Source of the DNA: Takakia lepidozioides
Taxonomy: Eukaryota > Plantae > Bryophyta
Direction: 5' to 3'
Length of the DNA stretch: 64,000 bases
Assembly (NCBI GenBank): GCA_030704615.1
Contig: CM060731.1
Span: forward strand, 45,756,001 to 45,820,000
Below, one piece after another: positions 25,270 to 38,641 of the stretch. The notes under the pieces were generated by a model. The model did not search any database. It was given only the letters and a program-made list of their open reading frames with translations, and was not told where the DNA came from. How positions within the stretch are numbered: the first letter of the stretch is position 1; each line of letters starts with the position of its first letter. The position numbers and the translations under genes were made by a program.

Positions 25270-28200
25270 TCTGCAACTGGGAGATTTGGCAAATAGATGT
25301 TAATTTTGTTGAATTGTGAATAGATTGGTCCTTGTCGAAGAGGGGCAGTTGTGTGGATGGGGTCCCGATGAAAGCAACAACCCAATGGCCAATTTATATT
25401 TACCCTTGTCGAGTGGGCATCCCACAGCACAAGACCCATTGGCTTTGTAAATGTAATTTGCATGTGGAAGCTAGCTGTGACTTGTTTGTTAGGAGGATGG
25501 GTGGCCTTGAGCTGGTACTCTGGCCACCCTTTGCGATTGCTAGAACTAAACCACAGAAGTGCTATTTGATCCTCTTGCCCTTGGGCATTCTCTGGTATAC
25601 AACTTAGATGGGGAGTGGTTGATTGTGTTTGATGCTGAACAAAACTCCCTGTCATAAACTGGATCTCCTTTCTTGAGATGCCCATCTTATAGTCCTTTAC
25701 AGGGATTTGCTGCCAAGTTTGATCTTTTTGGTCAATGACGCTGTTGAGGTGGAGTGTTTTTCTCATGTGTCCTGTCTTCCAGGTCATTCAACACTCTCTT
25801 AGATCCATTTTCTATGCAGTATGGTAGCAGTTGGCATGTTTGTTATATGCTTTATGAAGCTGGTAGTTGGTTGGCATCCTCATATTTCTCAGGAATAGAA
25901 ATGAATGCACCAGAGCCATGGCATATTTTGGCGGCATACTTTGGCATACTTTGGTCCACTTGACATCTATGGTTAGACTGGGCTGCCAGTAGCGGTGTGT
26001 AAAAATGTCACATCCAAGAAGCAATGAGATATGATCTCCATCTTGAGAAGCCATATTCAAAGTGATGGAAGCACAGAGTTCCTGCTTGGTACATGAGCAC
26101 GGAGTCCTGCTTGGTGCTCACAATATGTACTGCACTCCTGACTGTGAGCAGAGGAGTCTGTCCCGCCTCTCCCAAGACGAGCTCTGATCCCGAGGAAGGC
26201 TGCAAAGACTGCCCCATATCCCAGGCAATCTGGCGCCAACCTCTAGAAAGGTCCCTGGAAGTTGTCCAATCTGGCTTCTTGATGGTGGGCCAGCAGGGGG
26301 AATCCATTATCTTACATTCAATATCGCAGACATCAAACCATTCCGTGGGAGCATTTTCAATGAAGTTCTTGAAATGCACTGGCTTGGAGATGATCGCTCC
26401 CCTCACACTTTATTCGACAAGCTATTCTATCCATTCAATACTGCCTATGCGTAGTTGACGAGACAGGCAGGCGTCCTGCTTGTGTACCGACAGAGGACTT
26501 GGTGACAGTGAGCAACCAACTTTTGGGGTGTCCAATTGAAGTGACAGCTTCGCTGGGATGATCCGCAGGTGGGATTCTGGGTAGCACTGGGGATAACGCA
26601 CCTTATCCATGGCGATGGCGGGGGAAGCTTTTGGCTTGAAAGATCTTTTTTGGACATTCCAATTTCCCAGAACACGGACGCTTTGCCAAGATTCTAAGTT
26701 GAAACTTGTCACAATCTTTATGTTCATCAGAGATAGGCCCGTAACTCTGTCGCCACATTTGCATAGAGACTAGCGGCCAATGCAGCTTGCCAGGAAGGAA
26801 GGAATGCATTGTCAGGCGTCATGTGGAAGCGCTGCTACGAACTCAGAACTCCCACTTAAATTGCTCGCAGCAGAACTGCAAAGTACGCCACGCACTTTGC
26901 GGCCAGCCCACAGCCTTATATTATACAGACCTCTCAGATCTGCAATGCCACAGAATTACATGATGCTTTCAATTGGCGCAGAGAAGAGAACACGTCGTTG
27001 GCCTGCATGGACGTGCTGGAATGTACCGACCCATGTACACGAAACGTGGGAATTCACAAGGTTGGTGCTCCCATCCGTATAACTTATCCCGACGCTAAGA
27101 AGAAGATAATAAGAACACGCAGCTAATGCCCATGTTAGTAGAGCCTGGGACCTGGAGCTCCGCAATTCAACAAAAAGAAATGTATTACAACTATGACCAG
27201 TTCAGCTTTCTGTAGCTACACTGGACGCCATCATTACTGAAGCTCTTACTTTGCACTATCTGACAGTTACAGTATCTCCAGAAATAGTTTCGTCATAAAC
27301 TCTAGTAGGCAGGATACACATGTGCCACATTAGACAAATGAAACATTCGGTGGGGAATCTAGACTCGCTCCCTAGTATCAGCTAAAAGGAGTAAGGGAAT
27401 GATGTCTGTAGGAATGAATGATCCCGAGGACTTGGAGCTACCCACTTCTAAACATATGTTTAGTAAAAAATGCTGTAATGACATGTTATGATGACATGCT
27501 TACTCAAGGTGGGCTGCATTTAAGGAAGTTGTAGGAATTGACGTGAGGGACTTTACATCGGTCTTGTCTTAAACGCAACAGTACCTAGTCAACATGTGGT
27601 TTCGTAGACTGTGAATCTCTGTTGAGCGTCAAGGCAAGTTGTGACTGTAGGTAATCAAATCATGCAGTAAAGGGTATGATATGATTGCACGTAGGTTATA
27701 TCGGCCTTTTACCCTGTCTCTTTCCAACACATCAGACTCTGCTATCACTGACTGGCACATGGCCTTTCTCCTCTTTTATAACGAGAAAGTGCTCTGCTAT
27801 GATGGCCTGAAGCCCAGGGAAAGGTAGTGAGGTCATCCCACCTCATGATTTCTATAGCGATTTTCTCAATACCCAGAATGCCATTCCCGTTGTGGTGCTG
27901 CCTAAAATTTGGAGCAGCAACGGTCAAAGGGTCCTGCAAAGTGTAAGGCATGGATGATGAGGTACCTAAGGTAGTAAGGTTGCCTTTGGATTCATCGTTG
28001 ATGCCAACCCTGCTTTAGTTGTTGATAGAACACGTGCCTCAATGTGGCCGCCGCATGGCAGCATGAGCCTCCCTCCACCCCTCCACATGTTGAAGGGAAC
28101 AGAGGTAGAGCTCCATTTTATAGAAAGAAATTGGTGATGCAAAGGGTCCGATAGTAATAACGTGAATAACCTGAAAGGCTGTTGCAAAACAGGGTTGAGC

Positions 28201-29805
28201 TTCATTGCAAGGTAATTCGGTGGTCCCCACTCCGCAGGTTAGTTATTAGTCGGGGACTCGGGGTTGTCGCCTTGCCAAATGGTCAAAGCCAGCAGCAGCC
28301 ATCCAGGACCTTATAGAAAGGATAAAAAGAGCTTATATTCGGAATCCGCTCCTTGTTTGGAGAGCTTCCTGTCATGTGTGCAAGGATTAGGAATGGAATC
28401 CCCCGCAATCAGCTGCAGCCTCCACACGACTCCCTACACCTAGTGTTCGAACTATCGCAAGGGCGGTCCCGCAGAGGTTCTAAGCAAACAAGGCAGAAGA
28501 ATGTGCCACGCCCCGTGAGGGAAGCAGGCAGGCAGGCAGTGTCTGCCTGCACAGGCTCCGGACGCCGGACCACCAGCCCACACACTCCTACGCCTGCCTG
28601 CATGTGCGTACCGTCCGCTCAGCACGCGCTCTGCACTCCTTCTGTCCCTCTCTTTCTCTCCCTCTCTCGTCCGCCATCGACGGACCTTCGCTTGCTTTCC
28701 CATCGCCCAACTCCCCGGAAGGTCATCGTCAATAGGCTCGTCCCCTACCTTGCTGGAGTTCGAGTAAAGAAAAATATGGAATATGGATAGCCTTTTATTT
28801 GACAGGATACCACACACCATCGTTGTGACGCGGATTGATTTTTTATTTTGTTCCCGGCAATTTATCGCCAAACTTGGACCCATTTTCTGGTCATGAAATG
28901 GGTCAGCTCAGGGGTTAAAATCCGTGTTGGGCGATTATTTGATTTCTTTCAGTTTTACCCTTCACGATTGTGGGACAATAGCCATGAGTTTTCCAAGGAT
29001 GCGAAGGGTGTGTTCGACGAAATGGCTGCCACTGGTTCCAATTTTTACAAAGTCTTAGAATCAAAGAAGCTCCTGTTCTGGTTAATTATAAGAACCTCAA
29101 AGAACCCGTGGTTTTCATCAAATAACCGCTGGTCTTTGGCAGATCATTAACGGTTTCCATGCTGGTTATTTCAAAGCTATGAGCCTTTGTCGGTTCTTTG
29201 TTTTCTTAGAACCGCGGTTACACATATATATATATAACCTTCTTGGTCACCTAGGGGGGTTTGGAGCTGAATCAAAGAACCGCCAACATTGGTTAAAATG
29301 GGGCCAGAAAGCGCCCGGCGTGGAATATCAGGTGCCTTATGTGCCATCGTGGAGCTGTTAAGAACATGCCACTTGTTAGAGGTGCCAGCTCGTTTTTTGG
29401 CCACCTGGGCGCTGGGCAGAATACTTACACAGTGGCCCCGCCAACTACTTCAAGATAAATTCCACCCGACCAGTCTGTTAGAAAGGACGGATGTGTGTGC
29501 TTCTACTGTCCACATCAATCCATTCTCGTACTCGTGCTCATTCTTAGAGCCCACTTCTCAAAGGGACAGTACCCTCAAGTTGAAGAGGTGAAGAAGGGGC
29601 AGTACCCGCAAGATGAAGAGGCTCTATTCACGCTAACTTGGGTTCGCGTCATCTCTCTTATATCTCTTAGCCATGGAATGCGCATACCATCGTGCAGGGA
29701 TGGTAGCATAGTTGTCATGTGATTATGTCCCCCTTTTTCTTTTTCTTTTTAAATAAAAACATAGTATACCATGTGTTTACACAATATCCTTATATAATCA
29801 ATGTA

Positions 29806-29885
29806 CCCACCTTAGAAAAGGGCCAATAGCCAGAGGGTGAAGTGGCTCTTAGTTTCGCTGGCTTTGGCTATAATCATCTTCTTTT
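29806..29885 (+). repeat. Diverged copy of the ~85-bp structured dispersed element
   Basis: cccaccttagaaaagggccaatagccagagggtgaagtggctcttagtttcgctggctttgg aligns with 42421-42500 and the reverse complement of 37978-38062. Confidence 0.7.
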
Positions 29886-30702
29886 CTATTGTCAAAGTAA
29901 TGTAGAGCTTTCACCCACTCGTCTTGGTTGCATACTAATGCCTGAACCCTCCCCTCTCATGGCTATAACTAGCCTGTCTCCTGCTAACTATGCCGCCAGC
30001 CAACGCCTCCAACCGCTGCGTCACCACATTCTACAAGGTTCGTCACATTGTAGCAGGGCATGCACCCGCCAAATGGGCCCTACATGCATTACACATGTTT
30101 ACATGGTGGCAATAGACATTAAAGAGGGCCCAACAGAGTAAGTTGAAGGAAGCGAGTGAAGTGGGGGGACACATGAATGCAGTTGCCCATTCCCTGCCAT
30201 CAATCTCGCAGCCAAATTTGGGGAGGATGTCTCACAATAAGAATAAATACTTTAATAAATAAATAAATTACTAGAGTAATAAAGGAGTGGCTGGATGGAT
30301 GTACGTTAAGGGCTGCTACTAACTTACTCAGAGGCCCTCCCTCACATAATGAACTGCTTAATGGCCCTTCATGGATGAAACCTACTTTCTCGTGCATCTA
30401 TAATTACAACTTCTATCCATCCAACTAACCTTCCCCCTTACTCTTTCCATTTATTGTTTTCTTAGAAAATTTTAGTCATCGCCAGTCACACATCTGACAT
30501 GTATTATCTGAATGTAGGTAATTCCTCTGTAGAACCTTCGTGATGGGGGACGGAGAATTGCAGCGGGTAGTTATGGATGGGGGAAGTTGTTTCATCTATT
30601 TCATCCGTTTCGGCGGTTCATCCATCCGATTCGGGCGGCTAGAGTCGGTGTTGCTAGTTAGTTGACAACGTACTAGTAAGGCAGTAGGTTTAGTGTGTTT
30701 AC

Positions 30703-30712
30703 GCCACGTGTC
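30703..30712. promoter_or_regulatory. G-box/ABRE-like motif (GCCACGTGTC) upstream of DRE2
   Basis: Motif match ~360 bp upstream of the DRE2 ATG; GA-repeat leader at ~30977-30992. Confidence 0.3.
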
Positions 30713-31071
30713 GAGTTGCCAGTTTCCAGCAGGAAAGCGGGTGGGTTCGTGGGTTGGTCGGTAGGTTGGAAGATAGGCAGGAAGGTCGGTGGGTAGGAAG
30801 CGGCACACGAGGGAGGGGAAGGGTGTGTCCGCTTCCGTTGTGTGCGTGTTGGACCGATCCTTCTTTGCTTGCTTCCTTGCGCGCTCTTATACCACGTCTG
30901 CTCTCTTGCTTTCCACCATCGCTCGCCGTTCTTCTCTCTGTGCTTCCTTTGATTCAGATTGGGTGCGAGGGATTTTGAGAGAGAGAGAGAGAGTTGGGTC
31001 TGTGGTTGAGAGGGGGGTTTAGTTGCAAGGCAAGGCAAGGCAGTGGGTGTCAAGGGAGGGCGAGAGGGAAG

Positions 31072-34000
31072 ATGGCAGGGAAGGCAGCGGTGCTTCTGGT
31101 GACGGACGCTGCGGCGCTCCCGGCCACAGTTGTTTTGTGGGCTGTGCAGACCTTTGAAGAGAAATCCGCCAGTGGCAAGGGGTTGTCAGTGATCACCAAC
31201 GTCTCACAGCTTGGTTAGTGTCCGTCTCGGGTGTGGCGTTTAATCATTTTGTTGAGCGTTTCTTGCGTGGGCGCGAGATTTTTGCTTACCTTCGTGTGTC
31301 TGATTAGTAGATGGTGTGGTGTAGTAGTAGTAATGTGGAGATGGTGGAAACGGAGACGGGTAAGATGAGGGTTTGATTCAGGCAGTGGGAAAGGGTTTGG
31401 CAAGTTCTCAATCGGTTTCTTTCAGTTGGTGAATCGGAGTGCTATTTTTTATATTGTCATATTTAATCGTTGGAACGCGCGTTTTGAATATTAGAAACTC
31501 GAGAGGTTTAAGAATCACAGCGCATGTGGGTGTTGGGTTGTTGCAACAGTGCAGTTGATGCAGATCGTTTCCACAATGATTCTACTCGTGCCATATGTTT
31601 GTTGTCTGTCATTATAAGACACGTAGTACGCGGTAGAGTGTTCTCGGTAATTCCAGGTTTATATTTGGCTTGGCAATGTTGATGTGAAGAGCCATTGAAG
31701 ATGTTGAAACATTTGAGGGTGCGTCTTCAATGACGTGAAAAGTCGTTGGGCTATCGCAGGTGGCAAGGTTGCGGCAGAGGCGTCATCTGTGGACGTAATA
31801 ATTTCTCTAGTCGAAACGCCCGGCCGCCACACTGCAGCTTGGCTCCATGAGGCAGCACGGATCCTTAGACCAGGCGGCCTGCTCTGGGTGCAGGAGCCCC
31901 TAGCATGTCGAGATGTAGCTTCAGAGGAGCGTCAAGTGAGATTCCTTTTGAATGTCTTAATGAACCTGTGAAGATACATTCTATTGGTGGATAGGGAACC
32001 GTCTAGTTTATGCTCTTTCCACACAGACGACCTGCACATTGGTGTCCTCGATCCGTTTGTGTCATTGTCATATGCCAGCTTTCGCGTGAGACCTCCTAGG
32101 TCCCAAACTAAGCAATCAGATATATCAGGGTCCCACGTGATTCAGATATTGGCTGCAAGCTGTTTTAGCTCCTCCTTGTAATGTGGGGCCTCTGAAATTT
32201 TCTTGCATCTGTGACTCATGGTCGATCGAGCACATCCACATCTGTTTGCGTAGAACCATTGGGTATCTCTTCTCAGCAACTTGGATTTCTGGTGTCCCTA
32301 TTGGTGCAGCCTAAACCTTAGATTGCACAGTTGCAAAACCCATCGTGCACAACGGCCCTCAGTCTCTCCCTTTGGTCAAACGAAGTCGGTAGCAATGTAG
32401 CATGGTTCCTGAGTTACTGTTGAGTTCTAGCTGTTTCAAAAGAACTAACACATGGGTTTCTTTGGAAATGCGGTTGTGTGCAGAGGCTTGGTGCTGCTAC
32501 TGTGCAGACACAAGCAGCATTGGAGCGTGGTCTTTTGCTGGCAGGTTTTGTTGGTTCGAAAGTGGTTGAGTGCGTGGAAGGTGTTGGGTTGGCCGAGTCA
32601 TGTAGCGGCATCACGTCTGTTTCTGTGGGATCCAGTCAAGGTCCACTCCTCAAACCTGTTGCGGTAAGCAATCTTCTAATGAATGCCCATAGTGGCTTTA
32701 GGACGCGAAAGTTAATTGGGACTGTTAGCCTTTGGACATTGCAAAGATGACCCATCAGCAGAGTAGTCTCTATGTGGGGTTTGTTCCATAGTCAGAGGTT
32801 CAGTAGTACAGACTAAGAAGAGCTGTTGCAAGATAATTCTTCCACAATGCAGTGTTCTGGAAGCTTATGTTGTTCCTGTGTTGTTTGTGTTGCAGGTGAG
32901 CGGGCAGAAGCCTGCATGGGAAACAGGATCTTCTTTCGTTATCAAGAAGAAGGCAGCTGTTGAGCAAGATCTGGCAACTGGTAGCTCGTTTTCTTCAGGT
33001 ATTAGATTCATTGCCTATCACTGAAGATGGTAGTCAACTTGAATGAGTGTCCTTCATATTATGCTGGAAACTGAACGTGGGTGGCTATGTCAGGGGATTT
33101 TTTATTAGCTTAAGACAGGTGAAACGAATGTGTGCATCCGTGTCTTCTGCGCTGCAAGGCTGTGTGCTGTCCAACCTCTTTCAGAGGCCTTCTCTGGATA
33201 ATCTCCCTGTCGATCAGTACATTGTACAGAATTGTCTATTGCATTTTCTCTCACTAATGGTAGGTTTGGTGGTACTGTAACAGAGGCTGCTGTGCAGACC
33301 AATGGAGCCACTGTGAGACTGTCATCACGAGATGTTACAGACGTTGTTCTTCCTGTTTCCAACTCCTGGAAGGTGGCCCCTGTGGGCGACGACATGGATG
33401 AGCTTGTTGACGAGGATGCACTGCTTACTGAAGATGACATCAAGCCACCCGAATTACCTAGTAAGCTCTTTCTGTTCACTATGCCAACTGCTAATTGTGC
33501 CTGTTTGTATCTGATGCTACACTGACTGTGCATGCAGGTTAACTTCTTTGCAGTCCTACAGGGAAGACTATTTGACAAGCTTTGCAACATAGTGATGTTA
33601 ATCTGAAATGGAGGTTGATGTTATTGCAGTTGCAGATGACTGTGAAGTAGGCAAGGCTGGAAAGAAAGCGTGCAAGAATTGCTCATGTGGTCGTGCTGAG
33701 ATTGAAGAGAAGGAAGAAGTGACTAAACTTACTGCTGCAAGAATTAACAACCCAAAATCTGCTTGTGGCAGCGTGAGTTTTTGGCTATTTTTGTGCTTCA
33801 AAGCTCTCCATCCTTCACTCTTGAGTTATTGTGAGACATTGTCCCCAAGATCATGTTTAATGTAATGTGGACATTCTTAGGTGAGAGCAGATCTGAACCC
33901 TGGTAAAATCTCCTGGTCATATAAGATCTTTTCATTTTTTAAGGGATAGCCAGAGGTATGAGAACAAAAGAAACAGAAGCAATGCAACCTTGTTTCTCCT

Positions 34001-35121
34001 TTGTCAAGGTAGCTGCAAGAGCTATGTTGGTGTGTGTGTCGTGATTACATGGTGTTACTGCGATTAGATGAGTATTAACTGTGTTGCACCATTAATGCAG
34101 TGTGGGCTAGGTGATGCATTTCGGTGTGGTGGATGTCCTTATCAGGGACTACCTCCTTTCAAACTTGGGGAGAAGGTATTTCTTATTCCTTCTTTTGCTT
34201 CAACTGTAATTTTCCTATGTGATAATTTGGCATATTACCTGAGCAAGTGTACACTTTCACGATTTTTATGGTGAGGAGGTAACCATGGTGTCTTAGGTAT
34301 TGATTTGTTTTGAGCTGTCGTATTCACTGCCTGATGAAGTTATCAAGAATGCTTTTGAGTGTCGTGTGGTAACTAATTGCTTCACTGTTAGATGGATCCC
34401 TTGCAATCCATTGTGAGCTGGATTAAATGATTTGCTTTCACCTGTTAGCATGTCATACATGAGATTCAAATATAGTGTACTCACATGGAGCCAATTGTTC
34501 TGGGCAGCTAGGTCCAGCATTGGCTTCATGATGGCAGCCTCCGTATTTTGGCCCATCTTATAGCAGCAAACTGCTGGCTGATCAAGTTTGCAACTTGGCA
34601 CTGGAAGAAGGCCGGAAGGTTCCGTCTGGCCTGCCTTCCATCTGGCCGGATTCTCCCCCAGTCAAGATGGCCAATCTATGGACTGTTGATCCCATAGATT
34701 TTTGGCCATCAAAGAACCACTGGACCTTGGGCCAATAAGCCCGGTCTTCTGGACTATGGCATGTAGGCCTAGATTGGAGTGCAGTGCACTCCTCAATTTT
34801 GGTTCCAACGCTTCCTGTGAATATTTCAAGTTCTCCGTTTGGGAGGGCAATCCTCCTTGGTCCCTAGTTCTGCACATGCAATTTGCCCAGAAATTTGGTT
34901 ACATACTGGTAATTATTTTACTCATGAAAGTGTTTACTAGCAATTAAAAAATCTGGTCTGGCCTATAATAACCTCAAATACTTGTCTCAACCATGATAGA
35001 CATCTTGCAAAAAGTGAACTGTTCCTGGTGCTAGACCAGTTTGTTCTTGCCACTCATGGTTGTGTGTGAATTGCATCTGCAGATTACCCTTGCAGGATCT
35101 TTATTGGTGGCAGATGCGTGA
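31072..35121 (+). CDS. DRE2: Anamorsin / Fe-S cluster assembly protein DRE2 (CIAPIN1), ~344 aa, 8 exons
   Basis: Exons 31072-31213, 31760-31935, 32484-32663, 32896-32998, 33284-33460, 33630-33772, 34101-34175, 35083-35121. N-terminal methyltransferase-like part ([24 protein letters not shown]), acidic linker ([14 protein letters not shown]), and both Fe-S motifs [16 protein letters not shown] and [17 protein letters not shown]. Confidence 0.95.
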
Positions 35122-37464
35122 AGAACATACTTGAGGAGCTATGTAGCAGATATATAGGGAAGCTTGACAGGAACATGGCAAGCCACAATTTTGGTATTAG
35201 TGTCAACTTTATGACTGCCAACCATTGTTACCACTTTGACAGCTAGGTAGGCAGAGTCAGATCCATCTGTACATCAATAAAGCCATTCGTCCGGTTCATC
35301 TAAAATTGACTTCAGGAGTACTATTGTAGTTGCCCTTTGCTATGCCCAATCTGAAAAGTCAGCTGTATATTGTGAGGTGCGTGTTTGTAGCATATGTTGG
35401 TCGGTTTCGTAGATTCAGCGTCGAACTTATGATGGACTTCCTAGTGCATATCATATCCCTTGGCTTGGTTCTTCAGTAGGGTAATCCTGTAAGGTCATGT
35501 GGATCATGAGGGGGAACTAGCTGTGGGGGAGGGGAAAGCAGAGTTCATTTGATGACCGAGCCTCTACTCCATGCATTTGGCCAAACACTGCACAGCAAAT
35601 GGAACTCAACTTAGTCTTACCCTGAGTATGCACCACAGACATGGCATGAGCTGCTGCTGCTGCTCACCCCCGTCCCCCCCCCCCAACACCCCCAACCAGC
35701 AAGCTGTCTGCCACCCGGGGAAAGGTTGAAACAGTTCTAACTACTTCTATGGGTGACATGCAATCTGTTGCTGCCTTTTGATATTCTCTGAAATTTCTAT
35801 ATCCTGTTTTGCCAGGTCAGGGTGTCTCTACAGTTTGGGCTTCTGATTGCTCTGTTCCTAAAATATATAATGGATACCACAAGCTTTCTTCTCCTCACTG
35901 GGCCTGCTCTGGAAGGATAGTCATGCTAATCTCCTACATTGAGTTGTGAAGGTGTCAACAAGACTGGTATGCTAATAACAGCAATACCAGCGATGACCAA
36001 CTCCGTATAAACAGTGAAAACAATGAAGTATTTCACATGGTCGCCGAAAACAATAGGAATCATGTAAGAACTGAATGCACATGATCAGACGGTAGTTTCG
36101 CAAATTCAGGCAGTATGGCAAGCTCCCTGTCAAATCCTCCCCACCCCCTTTTATATCGGACTCACTGACTCTGTCTTGATGGGTGAATGTATCACCCTGG
36201 TGTTAGGTGTAACTTCCTCCTACATTTTATATAAAGTCAAATTTCATGACTCCCCATGGGAAATTACACCGATTGGAGCGACACGCCCTTCCATGTCAAC
36301 CCAGTGTCTGGTGTCACTCCCTTCCGTGTCACCCCAGATAATGTCACCACACTCTGTCACTATTGAGAGGTGGTGGGGAAGATGTAGCAAGCCAGAAACC
36401 AGCGTATTGTGCTGTCTGAGATCTAAACCTCATAGATCTCATTAAGTTCTTACATTGTTTTATTGTTCTCTGATAATCTCCTAAAATCAAGTTGCAAAAA
36501 TCCTTTGCATTCAGTTAACACACATCATTTTGTATGGTATGCACAAAGTCAAGGAAATGATTTAATCCTTATTGTTATGGGGGTGTCTTTCCATCCCACT
36601 ATTATTTGGTGCTCAACACACTGCTATCAAGAGACTGGGGAAGAGAGTGGGCACCAGAGGCATCCAACAGATGCATGGTCGGTGACGCCACCTCTGCAGT
36701 GGCGGCAGTGATAAGAAATGCAACCAACACAAAGTGAGAGCTGAATGCAAAATCTGTGTATACTGATCCTGCCCTATCCGTCCCAAGGTTGGTCAAGAGG
36801 TACTGGTATCTTGGTGTTTGCAATGACAGCTTTTCCATCGCGTTCACATATACCTAGCACAAAGTCCTACGTGGATGCCATGCTGGCAGCACTGGTAGTG
36901 ACAGTGATAACTTAGTAACTACTAGCGTTTACAGTTCCAGTAGGAAATCCGCTGGTAACTTCAGACATCAAAAAAGGACCACATAATTTGTTGGCACTAT
37001 AGGTACCCCCTCCCTGCACTGTTCATTGCCTTCACATATTGTGAAGAGCCTACCACAGGTGAATGTTATGTGAGAGCTGTCTATTGTGCAGGTGTTTACT
37101 ACCTTCTTGTGTAAACAGAGAGGGGAAATGGTATGGCCGGGAATTCCTATTCTATTGCAATCAGTCATCAGTGAGCAGTGTGACATGGATGCGAGAAAAC
37201 CGGCAATCGATGATTTTTTTATGGACTGCCCGCAAATTTGTGCTTGGATTCATGAGAAACATTAATGCAAAATGACGCGGTATTTTCCTGGTACGCCACC
37301 TTTGACTGCCAAAGGTGGAGGCTGATCTGGAAAACTAAAAATATTTATGCGACCTACGACCTTAGTTACCAAAAGTAAAAACCCACAACATACATTGATT
37401 GTTAAAAACAAACATCATACAGGCTATCAAAGGATGTCGACAATCAAAAGGTTCACAACGAATT

Positions 37465-37900
37465 CGGGGGACACCACCTTCATTCGCCGAAGGTGGGCAT
37501 AAAAATCAGAAGGTCACGAGGTCCACAACATTTTCTGGGGGAGACGACCTTCTGTGGCGAAAAGAATCATAGGTCCAACAAATAATTTGTGGGACACCTT
37601 CAAGCATAAAAAATCACGGGTCCAGTAAATAATTTGGGAGAGACCACCTTCGTTTGACGAAGGTGGGCATAAAAATCATGGCTCCAAGAAATAATTTGGG
37701 GGAGACCACCTTCGTTCGACGAAGGTGGGCATAAAATCAAGGGTCGAAGTTATTTTAGGTTGTAGACCACCTTCATTCACTGAAAATGTGCATAGAAATC
37801 CAAAACATTACTTGGGGAGACCACCTTAATCTGCGTGGGCATAGAGATCAGAAGGTGTAAAACAATTTTGGGGCAGATCACTTTCATTCGTCGAAGGTGA
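37465..37900. repeat. Array of ~8 degenerate ~55-70-bp units, each with a palindromic CACCTTCG...CGAAGGTG hairpin
   Basis: e.g. gggggagaccaccttcgttcgacgaaggtgggcataaaatca at ~37698; outlying hairpins at ~37296 and ~38130. Confidence 0.8.
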
Positions 37901-37977
37901 AGAGGAACGTTGAAAATATCATTGAGAATTTGTCATGGACATCACCTTTGGTAAACAAATATACATTCTTAGTTATA

Positions 37978-38062
37978 GAGAGATGACTCCGACCGAAGCC
38001 GGCGTAACTAAGAGCCACTTCGCCTTGCGGCTACTGCCCCATTTCGAGGGTGGGCCCTATAG
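37978..38062 (-). mobile_element. 85-bp structured mini-element flanked by a 12-bp direct repeat
   Basis: TTCTTAGTTATA at 37966-37977 and 38063-38074; homologues at 29806 and 42421. Confidence 0.7.
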
Positions 38063-38641
38063 TTCTTAGTTATACATATGGATACATTCTAACTTTCGGT
38101 CAATGAAAGTAGTTTGTCCTTCTTCCTTGCACCTTTGTTTGTCAAAGGTGTTTTTTCTGGCCAGATTCGTTGGGCAGCTTTAAATATTCCTGGTTACCTT
38201 CGTTGACCTTCGTTACTGATGGATTTGCGCTATTAACTGACAAAATATGAACTCCATGTTACGGCCAAACGGAAGGCAGTAGCTATTTCGGGTAAAGTGA
38301 CACCATAATTATGTTTGCTTGTGCAAGAGACTTCCTTATTATAAGCATCAGATTTTTCAAGCTTATAATTCTTATAATTCCACAAATTATATGAGCATCG
38401 TCACATGCAGTAACCGCAAGTTCCAAATTCCAAATTCCAAATAGATGGAAATTTTTTTACCAACTTTCTTAAATTTCGTTTAAATTTCGAAAAACCGTTC
38501 AGTTACGTTCCTACCTACATCCTCTATTTCAAAATAAAAGTTCTATGTTTATGGATGATTATAATCTTAATTTTATTTATTTTTAAGAAAATAGACAATT
38601 TTTTTGTGGATTTCAAGTTTTAACTTGGAATTGAACCAGTG

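Noticed and set aside
26008-26406. B3 DNA-binding domain similarity (WP...LSRGWR)
   Set aside because: Only a few residues match and the rest of the domain pattern is missing.
29289-29430. Armadillo-repeat-like peptide GALCAIVELLRT...ARFLATWALGRI and nearby PPR-like DAKGVFDEMA
   Set aside because: Single short motifs with no supporting exons; could be chance matches or tiny gene scraps.
37465-37900. CRISPR array (palindromic repeats with spacers)
   Set aside because: Repeats are degenerate, spacers are related to each other, there are no cas genes, and the context is a plant nuclear genome.
37978-38062. Hammerhead or HDV-like ribozyme call for the 85-bp element
   Set aside because: A three-way junction with GAA is present, but the CUGANGA core is absent and no convincing 7-bp P1/P1.1 can be drawn. 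Left as an unnamed structure.
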